Origin: Octopus vulgaris
Lineage: Eukaryota
Reading direction: 5' to 3'
DNA length: 64,000 nt
Assembly (NCBI GenBank): GCA_951406725.2
Contig: OX597817.1
Span: 126,480,001-126,544,000, forward strand
The position numbers and the translations under genes are program-made. The stretch's first letter is position 1. Each line of letters begins with the position of its first letter. The notes beneath the pieces were generated by a model, which was given only the letters and a program-made list of their open reading frames with translations, did no database searches and had not been told where the DNA came from. This document shows, in pieces, positions 39,967 through 53,105 of the stretch.

Positions 39967-41164
39967 TGTAATATAACTCAGTCTACATATATACCCACAT
40001 GGGTGTGGGTGCGTACCTATAATACCACATATATATATATACATATGAGTGCATATACTCACACTCCTATACATATAAAAATATACATTTACATAATGAT
40101 ATAAATAAATAATATAAATTAGTAAACATATATATGTGTTCCACACTCAATGACTCCGTTTTTCGATTTAATATTGTGATAATAAACATACACAAATTAA
40201 TACCTAGATGCAAATATACATAGTCAATAGTACATTATATTACTTCATAATAGTTTCTAAAGTGTCATTAAAGTTAGTATCATTATCGTTGTCAATACCA
40301 TTAAGGTTATTATTATCATTCATAATATTATTAATAACACTTACATTATGATCCAGAGCGGAATATATGTATGTCCGTGTTCCAGTTAATAATTGTTCTT
40401 ATGACATAAATACACTATTGGATTTGAATTTAAAATTATCATTATCTTCCTCACGGTTGGTCAATTGAGAACCGCCCGAACTCCACCACACCGTACAAGC
40501 AAAACATCCACATCCACATCTAACCCTAAACCCATACATCCACACAGAGACTCACACACATGTACACACACATGAATACACTCCGACACATCTCTACAAT
40601 AAATTGGAGAGTGCATGTCTGTCATCGTATGGCTTATAGACATATCACTACAGGCAGCAGTGTCTAACACTAACACACACCCTCACACGCACATCCGCAT
40701 ATACGCATAAATATTAATACATTTTCCTATACTGTGTCAGGGAACTTTCGCACACACGTATATATATATTTTTTTTTTTAAATATATATCTGCGCACTCA
40801 TACGTACAAATAAAACCCATATTTATATCTACCCATGAATGAATATTCGCATATACATATATACACATCCAAGTACGCACCTGCGTGCTTATATGTGTAA
40901 TAAAAACATACATCCGTACATCCACCCATGATCATACCTATATGTACAAAAACATATATACTTACACATACACATTTTCACACACCTACAGAGGTTACTA
41001 TTAATTTAGAATAAGTTTATTAATTATAAGTTATAAATTAATTATAGATTAGTAAGTGCCAAATAAACAAAAATAAATAATTAAATAAATAAATATGATA
41101 TATATATATATATATATATACATACATGCACACACACACACACACATATACGAGTAAGTAAATT

Positions 41165-41420
41165 GCTCAGTCCCATTGCGTGTCATCTTACGTAAATGTC
41201 TTCTGCTATAGCCTAAGGGTTTCTGAATGGATATTGAGACGGAACCTAAAAGAAACCCGCCATGTGTGTGTGTGTGTGTGCGTGTCTTGTCCACTACAAC
41301 TTGACAACTTGTGTTCATGATTTTTTCTCATCGTAACTTAACGTTCGGCAAAGGAGAAAGATGAAACAGGTAACAAGTTTTAAAATATGAACTGGGGTGA
41401 TTTGTTTGACTGTTCAATGG
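41165..41420 (+). mobile_element. tRNA-derived SINE family B, degenerate copy
   Basis: tcagtcccattgcgtg...tgtcttctgctatagcc...acggaacctaaaagaaaccc...ttcggcaaa matches the reverse complement of 50455-50800. Confidence 0.7.
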
Positions 41421-41592
41421 TGAGGATGCCATTGCACACGTTCGTCCAGAACTGGTGCTGCAGTAAGAAGGTTCAGTCCCAGAACAGATTCTGCGAGGGA
41501 TCACACACCGAAATAAGTTAAGTTTTATCTAAATCTTGAATTGATAAAATGAAAGTTTTGACGACAGTGATATTTATACATAGAGAGCAGTG

Positions 41593-41900
41593 AATAGGAA
41601 CAAATTCGGCGAAGTATTCTAACCAATAACACTATGTGCATTCGCCGCCAAGCATATATAACATTTGTATCTGCTATAGGTTTTAGAAGACAAAGTATAC
41701 CAGCTGTTAACTTTACTTGTACTTATTGACCACATTGATATTTATACTCAGAGTGTCGGGAATAGTAACAAGTTCGGCCAATTATTCTACCCAGTGACTC
41801 GTAGAACTACGTCAATTCGCCGCCAAGCAGATATAACATTTTCTGTTTTAATTTTTAGAAGGCAAAGTATACGAGCTATGAACTTCACTGCACTTATTGC
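41593..41900. repeat. Diverged tandem duplication, period ~170 bp
   Basis: gaatag.aacaa.ttcggc...attcgccgccaagca.atataacattt...ttttagaag.caaagtatac...acttattg occurs twice. Confidence 0.85.
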
Positions 41901-44552
41901 TTGGCTACAAAATAGACAAATATTTCTAGTTCAATCGTTAGAATGTATTAAATATACTTATATATTCTATTTGGAAACGGCCAACATGTTATTTTTTCAA
42001 GGAATTAAAAATTATTTTGATTTTAGCCTCAAGTCCAACATGATCAAGTAAGCTTTTGATGAAATACATTCAATCCATCAACAATCTGTTGCGTGGCAAT
42101 CATACTGTGTTCAAAATATATTATATCAAGTACACCCTGTTTGTAGACGTTCAAGTGTGATGCGCATGCGATTCCGTTGTTTATTAGCCACCAAATTCTT
42201 CTAGGTATACTTCGTAGTAGATCCGCTTTTGATCGGTAGCTTTAATTGAATGTTGAAACGATGTCTGGTACACTCATGTTTGCATATAATTTCGATTTTA
42301 AATACTTAGTGGGAAATGTTTCTAGATTGATTGTGAGATTGAAATCCTTTATAGGAGAAAGAACATTTAGTGAGACATAAACGCACCTGAATTCCTCACA
42401 ATTACTGATTTCTCATCTTTCAATGGAACCGATTTAAATTTCTAAAAGAAAATATATCTACAGGACAGAATATATCTAAGAGTGGTTGAGTTATCATGAA
42501 ACTTTTCAATCAGTGCTTGAACGAAAAAGCGTATTTGAAGACAAATCAAATATCGATTTATATATGTATGCATGTGAACTAAATACGTCGTGAAAATTTT
42601 CACCATTGGAACAAAAGACGTCAGGTTTCCGCTGTCAACACGTAAATTATAGATGAGAAGAACATGTAGCACCAGTAAATTTATATGCCTAAGTAGACTG
42701 ACGCAATATGTGCTAAACTTTTAATGACCATAATTTCCATCCTCAATGTTATAACAATGATTCCCTTCGTAAACGTATTGCAAATAGTTGGCAGTACATT
42801 CCTGATGCAGTTTAAGTCAATACGCTGTGTGAAAAGATACCAGGAACAACTAAATTACTTTTCACCGTTACCATCTCTTTACTCATTGTCAGAAACAAAG
42901 CATCATGTGATTCACCGAGTTCAACATTAGGAAAACTATCTCCCCATTTCTATATAACTTCAAGAGGAATTCCTTAATGTTGGATGCGAATTTTAAAAAA
43001 TTTGCACAATGCTTTCTTCGATTATAATAATTGTTGGCGTGTATCAAACACTATCTGACTATTATAGTATCAAAACCAATATTAGACCTCTATTCTAAGT
43101 CACTATAGTAATGTATCATTGAAAAGAAGTATTACGACTCGGCTGAATATTCCTCTTAGAACCATATAACAAGCAAACGTATCTCTAGCTCGAAACTGTG
43201 CAGAGGCAACGGTTTAGTTCTCTTCTTCCTGTCGGACCTGAAAATCGGGTTGGAATCGGAGTAAATGATCAATAGAATAACAATTAATATAAAATAAGCA
43301 GAATGCATTCAGGACTTCTTTCTTCCGTTTGTAAAAATCAATTTATCTATGTCCCATTTCCTTATGCATATATATATATATATATATATGTAAATATACA
43401 TGGGGATGCAAGTGCGCGTGCTTGCATGTATAAACACACACAAACATATACACGTATTTGTGTATATATGTGTGTATATAATCGGCCAATATATTTAAGT
43501 ATATCAATAAAGCTACACAATGATGCATTGTATTTGAATAGCATCACTGCCATTAATAAACTGAAAGAAAAAAGCTATATTTTATCCATATATATATATA
43601 TGATAATGTTCTGAATTCCCAGCATAAAATTTCCAATACAAGAAAGAGGGAAATATCTACTGGTCATTAAAGACAATGCCTGAGGCCTGGATAATATCGT
43701 TTATGACGAATGAAGATGGGGTAAAAATATAAGTAAAATAAAAAAAAAAGAAAGAATTAGAAAAAAGTTACACAAGTATAATACTGCACGGCTGTCGATA
43801 TATTTTAAGTTAACTGGAGAAATTGAACGCATAGAAACCGTTATATTGACATCTAATTTGCGAGTTATCTGCCAATAAACTCACGTAGTAGACACCTATA
43901 AAAGCTTTTAGAATATTTTCGTTATAAACGAGTAAAAAGAAATAGACTCTAAGTAAGATCGCGTCAGCGAAGTGGTGGAAAGAATTTAGCCCGAGGAAAT
44001 TAACCTCCAAACTACTTAGGATTACAAAGATGTCAGCTTTTACAAATTCGGTGTTATTTAAAATAATGAAAGGTTTCCTAATACAAGTTCGGAAGCAATG
44101 TTGGTGAACGCTAATCATTAATAGCGCTGGTTTTATTAAAAATGTTGGCCGAGACAGATTCATTTGCAATAAAAAAAGAAATAGAAACTAAAGAAAAACG
44201 AATATATAAGAAATAAAAAAGTCGTATAAACAAACAAATATTTAAAGCAATAATTTTCTTCAAACTCACGCCTTACCCTAATAATGATTCGTCTTGGAGT
44301 AATAGCTACAACAAATCAATAAAGATATATTTTCTTGTACAAAACATATTGTTCTACATTCAGTTGTGTTCAATATAATATAATTTACTTCAGAAACATG
44401 CATTAACCAATTTAATATGTGTCTTCAGTAAGGGGAAGCGTATATTGTTTGCTCGTCTCTGACTCCACATTGGTTAACTTTTTATCGATATATCTATCGA
44501 TTGCTTCTGCATTCCCTGGTCTTCCAGTTTCATACACACACACACAAACACA

Positions 44553-44599
<47 letters not shown>

Positions 44600-44709
44600 G
44601 TGTGTGTGTGTGTATGGATGCATATATAATAATAGTAATAATAATAATAATAATGATAATAATAATAATAATAATAATGTTAATAATAATAATAATGATA
44701 ATAATAATA

Positions 44710-44802
<93 letters not shown>

Positions 44803-44805
<3 letters not shown>

Positions 44806-45340
44806 GGCAGTGGCTCTCATGGCTTCTGATCTTAACTGACTGGAAGTGTTATCATGTACATTGTTTTGTCTTGGTATAAAATATGGGCTACAGCAAATAT
44901 TCTGCTCAATACCACAGATTTGCTTGTCAGTTGTTTGACCTTAACCAGTTGAGCATGTCCCTTAGTGGCTGACGATATGTGCATCTCTGATCACGAGCAG
45001 AAGTAGTGGGGGAGCATCATAGCCATGTGTTGAGAGGGATTCTTTGGGGTTTGAATAATTCACCTCTGGAAATATGGGTGGTTCTTTCAACATCCTTAAA
45101 CAACCCTTATTCAGGGACCTTTTGAGTGGGATGGGCTACTCAACCTGAAGAAAATTCTAACTGGGCCCCACCTGCAAGGTCATGTGCTGTTTATCTTGAT
45201 ATGAGATCACCATCTCGCGCACATATGGTTGTGATGCATGTGCCTGGTGTACCCTTATCAGACGGGTAGTCATGATGGGTATATTGGGCTTCGTATATTA
45301 CCCCAGTGTCACTTTGATGGCATGCACTGCTCTCTCACTC
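44803..45340 (+). mobile_element. Non-coding interspersed element embedded in (AAT)n
   Basis: A ~540-bp complex, GC-richer block bounded sharply by long (AAT)n on both sides, with no meaningful ORF. Strand is inferred from the neighbouring Dong piece. Confidence 0.6.
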
Positions 45341-45399
<59 letters not shown>

Positions 45400-45427
45400 T
45401 AATAATAATAATAATAATGATAATAAT

Positions 45428-45941
<514 letters not shown>

Positions 45942-46374
45942 GCGAGAAGAAAAGAATGAGATCTCGATATTAGATAAATAGAAGATTATATATATATTAA
46001 TGGAGAACAAACAATAAGTAGCCATTATAGTACTCAGAGTTTCGAATGTCGTAGCAAAGAGATACGAGGCATTCTCGTCGTCTATTAATGGTAACATACG
46101 CTAAAAGTAAAGTTGCTCTAATAGGTAGAAAAATAAAAAAAATAAAAGATAAAAAATACACGCAGCCATACTCTCACAAAACATTGACATAAACCGCCGA
46201 CGTACATAACGCCTACATAGGTACACACTCACACAAACATGCACAAGTACATGCACATAAAAAAAGCAAATATATGTGTATATGCGTGCTCATACATACA
46301 CACGAATCCACATACACACAAACAAATGAAGTTGCGAACAAATATATAGATATACATAAATACATATGCAAATG

Positions 46375-46421
<47 letters not shown>

Positions 46422-47087
46422 ATATATGAACATGTATATATAAATGTATATGTATATATATATATGTGTGTATGTATATATTTATGTATGTGTATATATA
46501 TATGTATATATGTGTGTGTATACATAAGTATATGTGTGTGTGTGTGTATAATTATATTTTATGACTGTGTTCGGGTTGTCTTCCCCGTGAACAGCTATTA
46601 AACTTCTTCTTTCGTTCCTTTGCGCCACATCAGCTCCATTCTCTCCCCCACTTCATCTAACCCTCCTTTCTATCGCTCACATCTACTTCCTCCCACCCGC
46701 CTCTCCTCTCTTGCCCTGGCACCTACTTTCCCTCTTCACTCCTACATACCTTTTCCTTTCCATCCTCTCCCTTCATCGTCGCTTCTCCCTCGTTACCCCA
46801 CCCCTACATATTCTAACCCTACCGTCCATATTCGTCCCATCCCAACCCCACTACATCCCTGAAATGCAACAATCAGCCTTCTGGAAATCTCCTGCATTGA
46901 CCGCAAGTTGCTTGTGTTGTCATCTTCAAATGATCGATGATACCATGAAAACCTAAACAGGTTTAACTTTTACTTTCTTTGAACGTGTAACTTAAGCCCT
47001 CCCTGCTTTAAGAACATTAAATAACTGCATATTTTTCTGCTGCCCACACTCACTCGTTAATAGAACGAATATGAACTTCTCTCAAAC

Positions 47088-47136
<49 letters not shown>

Positions 47137-47276
47137 AACGTTCATTTAAATATTGATCTTATCAAGTGGCCAGCATGGGAATAAAAACATTCAAAGGTAA
47201 CAATTATTATTAAAATTCTAATTTAGGGTATCTAAGAGATAACGCCACGCTGAAAATAGTAGCCAAAACCTGACTC

Positions 47277-47314
<38 letters not shown>

Positions 47315-48346
47315 AAGTGAGACAGACAGACAGTCAGATGTTGACACACATATATGTCCTATATATGTATCTTTCGCGTCTCACCACCACCTGGAAACCG
47401 GTATTGATATGGCTAAGTTCTTGTCACATAGCAGATCGGTAAAAGTTACGTAAACAAGTACCACGTTTTAGAAATCTTAGTAATGGGGCGATTTATTAGA
47501 CTACAATACATCAACTGGGATTTTACAATTTGTTTTATTATCAAACCTGTGACCCTATGAACAATAATAATAAAAATCTTATAGAATAGGAAAATGAAAG
47601 ATAAGAATTGTATTAAACGCATCATTATACTTCCAAATTCATTTATTGGCAAGTTAAAATGATGGATTTCTATTGTAAACGTTTAATTATAAAAAAAATG
47701 ACCTAAAAGTAATATTATGATACACGGCCCAAAATTCAATTAACAATGTTGAACTCGTAGAAACATAAATGTGTCTGCAATGAAGTAGGGTTTCCAGTTA
47801 TTTTTTGTTGGTTTTATGCGTTCTAATATGTTTTTGCTTTTGGCTACTGATATGAAATATTTTTCAAAATAAAAGAAATATATATGTTCTTGGTAGTGCA
47901 AAATATGTAACAAAATGATAATATCAGCGTTAAAATTTAACATAAAGTGAGCACCTCTAGACGGTCCGAATGTAAATCCTACAAATATTAGCTACTGGCT
48001 ACATGTTTCCATTAACGCTAAATTAAGAACTCCGCTTGTATAGTAACCTGTCGTACAGTAACCCGTCGCCACATCACGATTCGCTTACCCCAGTTTATTA
48101 TTTACGCATACGTCGTTTCCTCCGCGGTGTGATATTGCATTTATAATAAAATGCATACACAAATTATTAAAATAATTGAATATACAATAAATATACACAC
48201 AATCACATACAGACACACAAACACACACATACATTAAATTAAATGGAAAATTCCATTATTTTCAAAATATAAACGTTCACATTACATTTATATACAAGTG
48301 CGATATGTGTACATACAAATATATGTTCTTGAGCACAAGGAAGTTT

Positions 48347-48774
48347 GGGATTTCTTCGGTTTGAACGGCAGTTTTTTCTAGCGGTGTCATATGAAATTAT
48401 CACCCATAATTATGACCCTAGTATCGATCTATTGCATTTCAATCTGTTTTAGATTTAGGGTTAGTTAGGGTTAGGGGTGGGGGAAGGGTATTTTTTTCTT
48501 CACAAATGTAAATAAACCTAATCTGTTTCTTAAACGAGGGGCATATTCATACGGCACAGACTGTTTTTTACCTCAATAGACGTCACTGATTGGTTGAAAT
48601 TGCAGAAATTGAAGAAAAAAAAAACAACAAATATCTTACAAACTATAGAATTTCTCAAGAAAGCCAAGAGGAAAAGATGTTTTATAAACACATTTTACCA
48701 GTATATGAAGTTTAAAATGTTTTTAGTTACCTAGAAATTATGTTAAAAACTGCCGTTCAAATCGAAAAGATCCC
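48347..48774. mobile_element. MITE with ~29-bp TIRs and 7-bp TSD
   Basis: TIRs gggatttcttcggtttgaacggcagtttt / aaaactgccgttcaaatcgaaaagatccc, with gaagttt on both sides. Confidence 0.85.
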
Positions 48775-49358
48775 GAAGTTTGTATGTTCGTACATATGTA
48801 GACTAACCTATATAATTATCCAGCATATTTATACTTTAATCTGATGCTGCTTTGTTTTATTGAGAAGCAACACTACTGTATTGCACTAATTAATAACGTT
48901 TTTTGTTGAAAACTATTTTTACTCTTCTCTGTCTGTTCACAGCTAGGCGTTTAGATGAGTAAATACTAGCATTGATGCAGCAACATTTGAAATTTTGTCT
49001 ACATATATCTAGCCGGTAAGAACTAACTATTGAAATTTACATTAAACATAATTTGGAAAGTTTGAAACCTAGGTCCTAGATTATCCACATCTGGGTTGTA
49101 TATTTATTTAATTTTCTACATATAGGTAAGACAAAACATTTTATGTTCGACACCCGCAAACATATTCGCCCGTGTATATTATATACAGTGAAGCTTTACT
49201 ATACCGTAGTATATTATCTACAGCTATTTCTAGTAAATACTGGTGCAGTGTTGCACCACTATCCTATATATACGTATATACATATACATAACAGAACGCC
49301 ATGTTGGAACGTTAGCTCCTACAAGCAATTTTTTCTCTCCTTGTTTCTTTTCTGTGTA

Positions 49359-49396
49359 TCTTTCTGACGAAGAGCGTAGGCTCGAAACATAAAAGA
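49359..49396 (+). ncRNA. Minimal type I hammerhead motif in a Penelope pLTR-like repeat (~49140-49495)
   Basis: tcttt-CTGACGA-a-gagc-gtag-gctc-GAAA-ca-TA-aaaga, with perfect 5-bp stem I and 4-bp stem II. Confidence 0.75.
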
Positions 49397-49500
49397 CTTG
49401 TTTTATTTCTATTCCTGAGCGCCATACTAATACAATTGTTTGTTTGTACTCCACCTGCCTTCGTCTTTTGTTAATTTTCGTAAACCTTCCCGTTATACAT

Positions 49501-49562
<62 letters not shown>

Positions 49563-49804
49563 TATGTATACACACACACACAAATTTCTTTTATCTCTTG
49601 TCATTTATATGCTTGTCATTAGACCGCAGCGATAATGAGGCAACGCCTTCCAGAACATTTGTCTAGAAAATCGATCTCAGTAGTCATGTTTTTGAAATTA
49701 AGTACTTATTCTTCGGCCTCGTGTGTCTTGTACTCTATTTTTTTGTTGTTTAAGGAAAATGTCCATTTCCTTGGTTTTGTTTTTATGTTTTGGTTTTTCG
49801 TTGT

Positions 49805-49901
49805 TTTCGACGTTTTCTTGGTGTCCTGTACCCATATATGCACGTATATATACATATAGATGTAGGTGCGTACACATATGTATGTATATATGCATATTTT
49901 G

Positions 49902-49946
<45 letters not shown>

Positions 49947-50148
49947 CTGGCAGTAAATCGAAACTATTCCAAGATTTATTTGTTTAACAACTGAATGAGA
50001 CAGCGCTAACAAACAAATGTAAAAAGACGGTAATTTTTAACTCACAGCATTCAATTATTAAACATTTATAATTGAAATGAATAAATTAAATTGAATATTA
50101 AGTATTAATGTAATTTTGATTTACAGTCGGGTTACTTTTGGCCAAACC

Positions 50149-50242
<94 letters not shown>

Positions 50243-50376
50243 CGATAGGTAGATAGATACATATGTACATGTTTCTCATTGTGTTCGACGTTTTCTTGGT
50301 GTTCTGTACGCATATATGCGAGTATATATACATATGGATGTAGGAACGTACACATATGTATGTATATATGCATATG
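49805..50376. repeat. ~95-bp direct repeat (49805-49900 and 50284-50376) around a mariner-like terminal fragment
   Basis: ttcgacgttttcttggtgt...gtacacatatgtatgtatatatgcatat occurs twice. The minus-strand TATAGGTTTGGCCAAAAGTAACCC at ~50128-50152 resembles a Tc1/mariner TIR at a TA site. Confidence 0.7.
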
Positions 50377-50454
50377 TTTTATTTATTATTTTGCTATTAT
50401 ATGATTGAACACCACTCATCCACTTCTAAGTAAGTTTTATATATATATATATAT

Positions 50455-50826
50455 ACTCTTTACTCTTTTACTCTTTTATTTATTTCAGTCATTTGACTGC
50501 GGTCATGCTGGAGCACCGCCTTTAGTCGAGCAAATCGACCCCGGGACTTATTCTTTGGAAGCCAAGTACTTATTCTATCGGTCTCTTTTGCCGAACCGGT
50601 AAGTGACGGGGACGTAAACACACCAGCATCGGTTTCAAACAATGCTAGGGGGACAAACACACACATATATATATATACACATATACGACGGGCTTCTTTC
50701 AGTTTCCGTCTACCAAATCCACTCATAAGACTTTGGTTGGCCCGAGGCAATAGTAGAAGACACTTGCCCAAGATGCTACGCAGTGGGACTGAACCCGGAA
50801 CCATGTGGTTGGTAAGCAACCTACTT
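50455..50826 (-). mobile_element. tRNA-derived SINE family B; head continues at 52833-52868 beyond the insertion
   Basis: Minus strand has B-box-like GGTTCAGTCCC, CORE-like cttgggcaagtgtctt and an (AAAAGAGT)n tail. The A-box part (gcgcaggagtggctatgtggtaag) lies at 52845-52869. Confidence 0.9.
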
Positions 50827-52832
50827 TATTTCAAAATTTGTCATATTGAAGGTACAAAGAGCTTTGCGGGCTGAACAAATACATTAAGGAATGAAAATGA
50901 AATATAATGAATAAATGAGAGACGAAACCCAACACCCGCCGATTGGATTTTTCTCGAAAACATATTTTCTTTTTTTTTTAAATCAATATGAGGTTTCGAA
51001 CCTCTTACAAGGAGAAGGCACTAAAACCTCTTACTTAACATGTTTTCTTTTTTTTTCTTTCTTAAATCCACAAAATAATCCAATAAGATGAGGTTTCAAA
51101 CCCTGTAACGAGGGTCTTTCACCTCCTACACTTCGATACATTCATCATTATCTTCAATACCGCTTGAGTTCCTGTATCCCGCCATTTCCCATGACTCACT
51201 CATGTAGGACATGTAAGTCATGTAAGGCCACTCGGCCATATGCGACACTCCTCCCCAAATCCTTTAAGCCTTTCCCACAAGGGAAACCTTATGACCTCCA
51301 CAGCTACCTGCGGAGGCCATTGGGGATCCCGTGTGAAGGGCATATCTACTGTTTCTTTATGTTCTTCTTCTATTTTTTCCACCTCCCCGCCCTTGTAGAA
51401 AAATATAATTAATTGATCATCTCTAAGGGTGGGGTGGTTTCTTCCACCGTCGGTGGCACAACTTCGGGACATGCAGTCGGCACATCATCTCCCTGCTGAG
51501 ATGACCCGTTCTTCTTCCTTCTTTTTTTCTTTTCTTCCTGGCTTTGGGAGAGTGGAGCGCTTCCGTTTTGTCTAGAGACTCTCCCTCGCCTTCCGAAGCC
51601 TTAGGTTCCTTCGGCGGGCAACTACTGTTGCCAGCCTTCTTCCTTTTTAATCCTTTTTGAGTTGAGGAGGCTGAATCATCCTCGACCACATCCACCTCTC
51701 CCTTTGACCGGGTAGGGGAGGTGGCATCTAGTGACTGTTCCAGGACCTTACCATGGTCCTGGGTGCAGTTCCTTTTAATGTGGCCTGGCTGCAGGCACGA
51801 GTGACACTTTGGGGGACGTCCCTCAAGTATCACCGGATACCTGCAGCTAGCTATTTTCAAGAAGTCTGGAAAAACAAGTTCTTTTGCGGCCGATGGGGCC
51901 CACAGGGTCAAAATCGCTTTTGACCCTTCCCAATCGACCGCCAGCAATTATCTTACATTTAAGAGCCTGTGCCCGCCATCCCCCTGTCCTCGTCGGATGG
52001 TATCTTCAATCCAATCCGCTTCGGTGCCCGGGGGCAGCCCACATATCCAGGCTCGTATTAATTTTTTTGCACAATATGACGGAAGAAATAGAATTTCCTT
52101 GCCTTCTAAGGCTGACTCGCAAACTGGCGAGCCTTTTCCCCGTTGTCAAACAGCAACCATACGGTTGCATGTTTGACACCACGGGATATACGTTCTTTAA
52201 GTTCATGACTTGTTTTGGGAAGACGGTGATGGAATTAAGAACTTTAGAATACGTTCTAAGTACCATCGTCTTCTCCTCCATATCTTTTAACCATTGCTTA
52301 GGCGGGTTAATTTCCCACTCTAAGACAGAGTTTTTCTTTTTAAGTTCCTTCTCTGCCATGTCAAAAAACAGTTCAAAAGTAGTTCAAAAGACAGTCTGCC
52401 AAAAAATTAAACCGAATAAAAATAAAACAAAACAAAAGAGATGGGGGGAAACTGAAATTAAAGTAATGAAAAGAATGAACCAAAATTTAGAAAGAAAGAA
52501 AAAATAGAAGAAGAGAAGGGAAAAGTAAAAGAAAAACCTCACAAATAACACAGTCAGGGAATCCTTTGTATAATACTCCAAAAAGGTAATCCAAAAGGTA
52601 ATCCAAATGGCTAATTCTTATTTTTTTCTGGCGAGATACGCCCACTAGAATTCACAAGAAGAATTTTCCAAAAAATTGTCAATTCACCGTTACGGTGATG
52701 TGAACCCAGTATTTTGCTCACTATGACGTGCCATAATTGACAATATTTCTTTTTGTTCTTTTTTTCTATTCGCGGAGCCGAAACTCACATCTGCTCACTG
52801 TAACAGTCCAGACCAACTTGTGTTGCATTCTG
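50827..52832 (-). mobile_element. 2006-bp ORF1-only L1/Tx1-like retroposon with 16-bp TSD
   Basis: TSD ggtaagcaa(c/g)ctactt at 50811-50826 and 52833-52848; AATAAA at the 3' junction; no EN or RT coding seen. Confidence 0.8.
51218..52359 (-). pseudogene. Frameshifted ORF1/gag-like protein with CX2CX4HX4C zinc knuckle
   Basis: Pieces 52359-52006, 51947-51423 (VILEGRPPKCHSCLQPGHIKRNC followed by a basic low-complexity tail) and 51472-51218. Confidence 0.75.
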
Positions 52833-52864
52833 GGTAAGCAAGCTACTTACCACATAGCCACTCC

Positions 52865-52948
<84 letters not shown>

Positions 52949-52964
52949 GATTTCTTCCACTTTC

Positions 52965-53105
52965 TCTCTATACATTTTATAACTTCCTCATGGTCTTTCG
53001 TCGGTCTGAGGCTGTAAAAGATGGTTCCACGTAGCAGGACTGACTAAACCTGAAACCATGTAGTTGGAAACACACACTCATTACCAGACAGCTACAACTG
53101 TGCCC
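52965..53105 (-). mobile_element. tRNA-derived SINE family B, older degenerate head fragment
   Basis: ggtctttcgtcggtctgaggctgta...ccacgtagcaggact...aaccatgtagttgg...ttaccagacagc. Confidence 0.6.
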
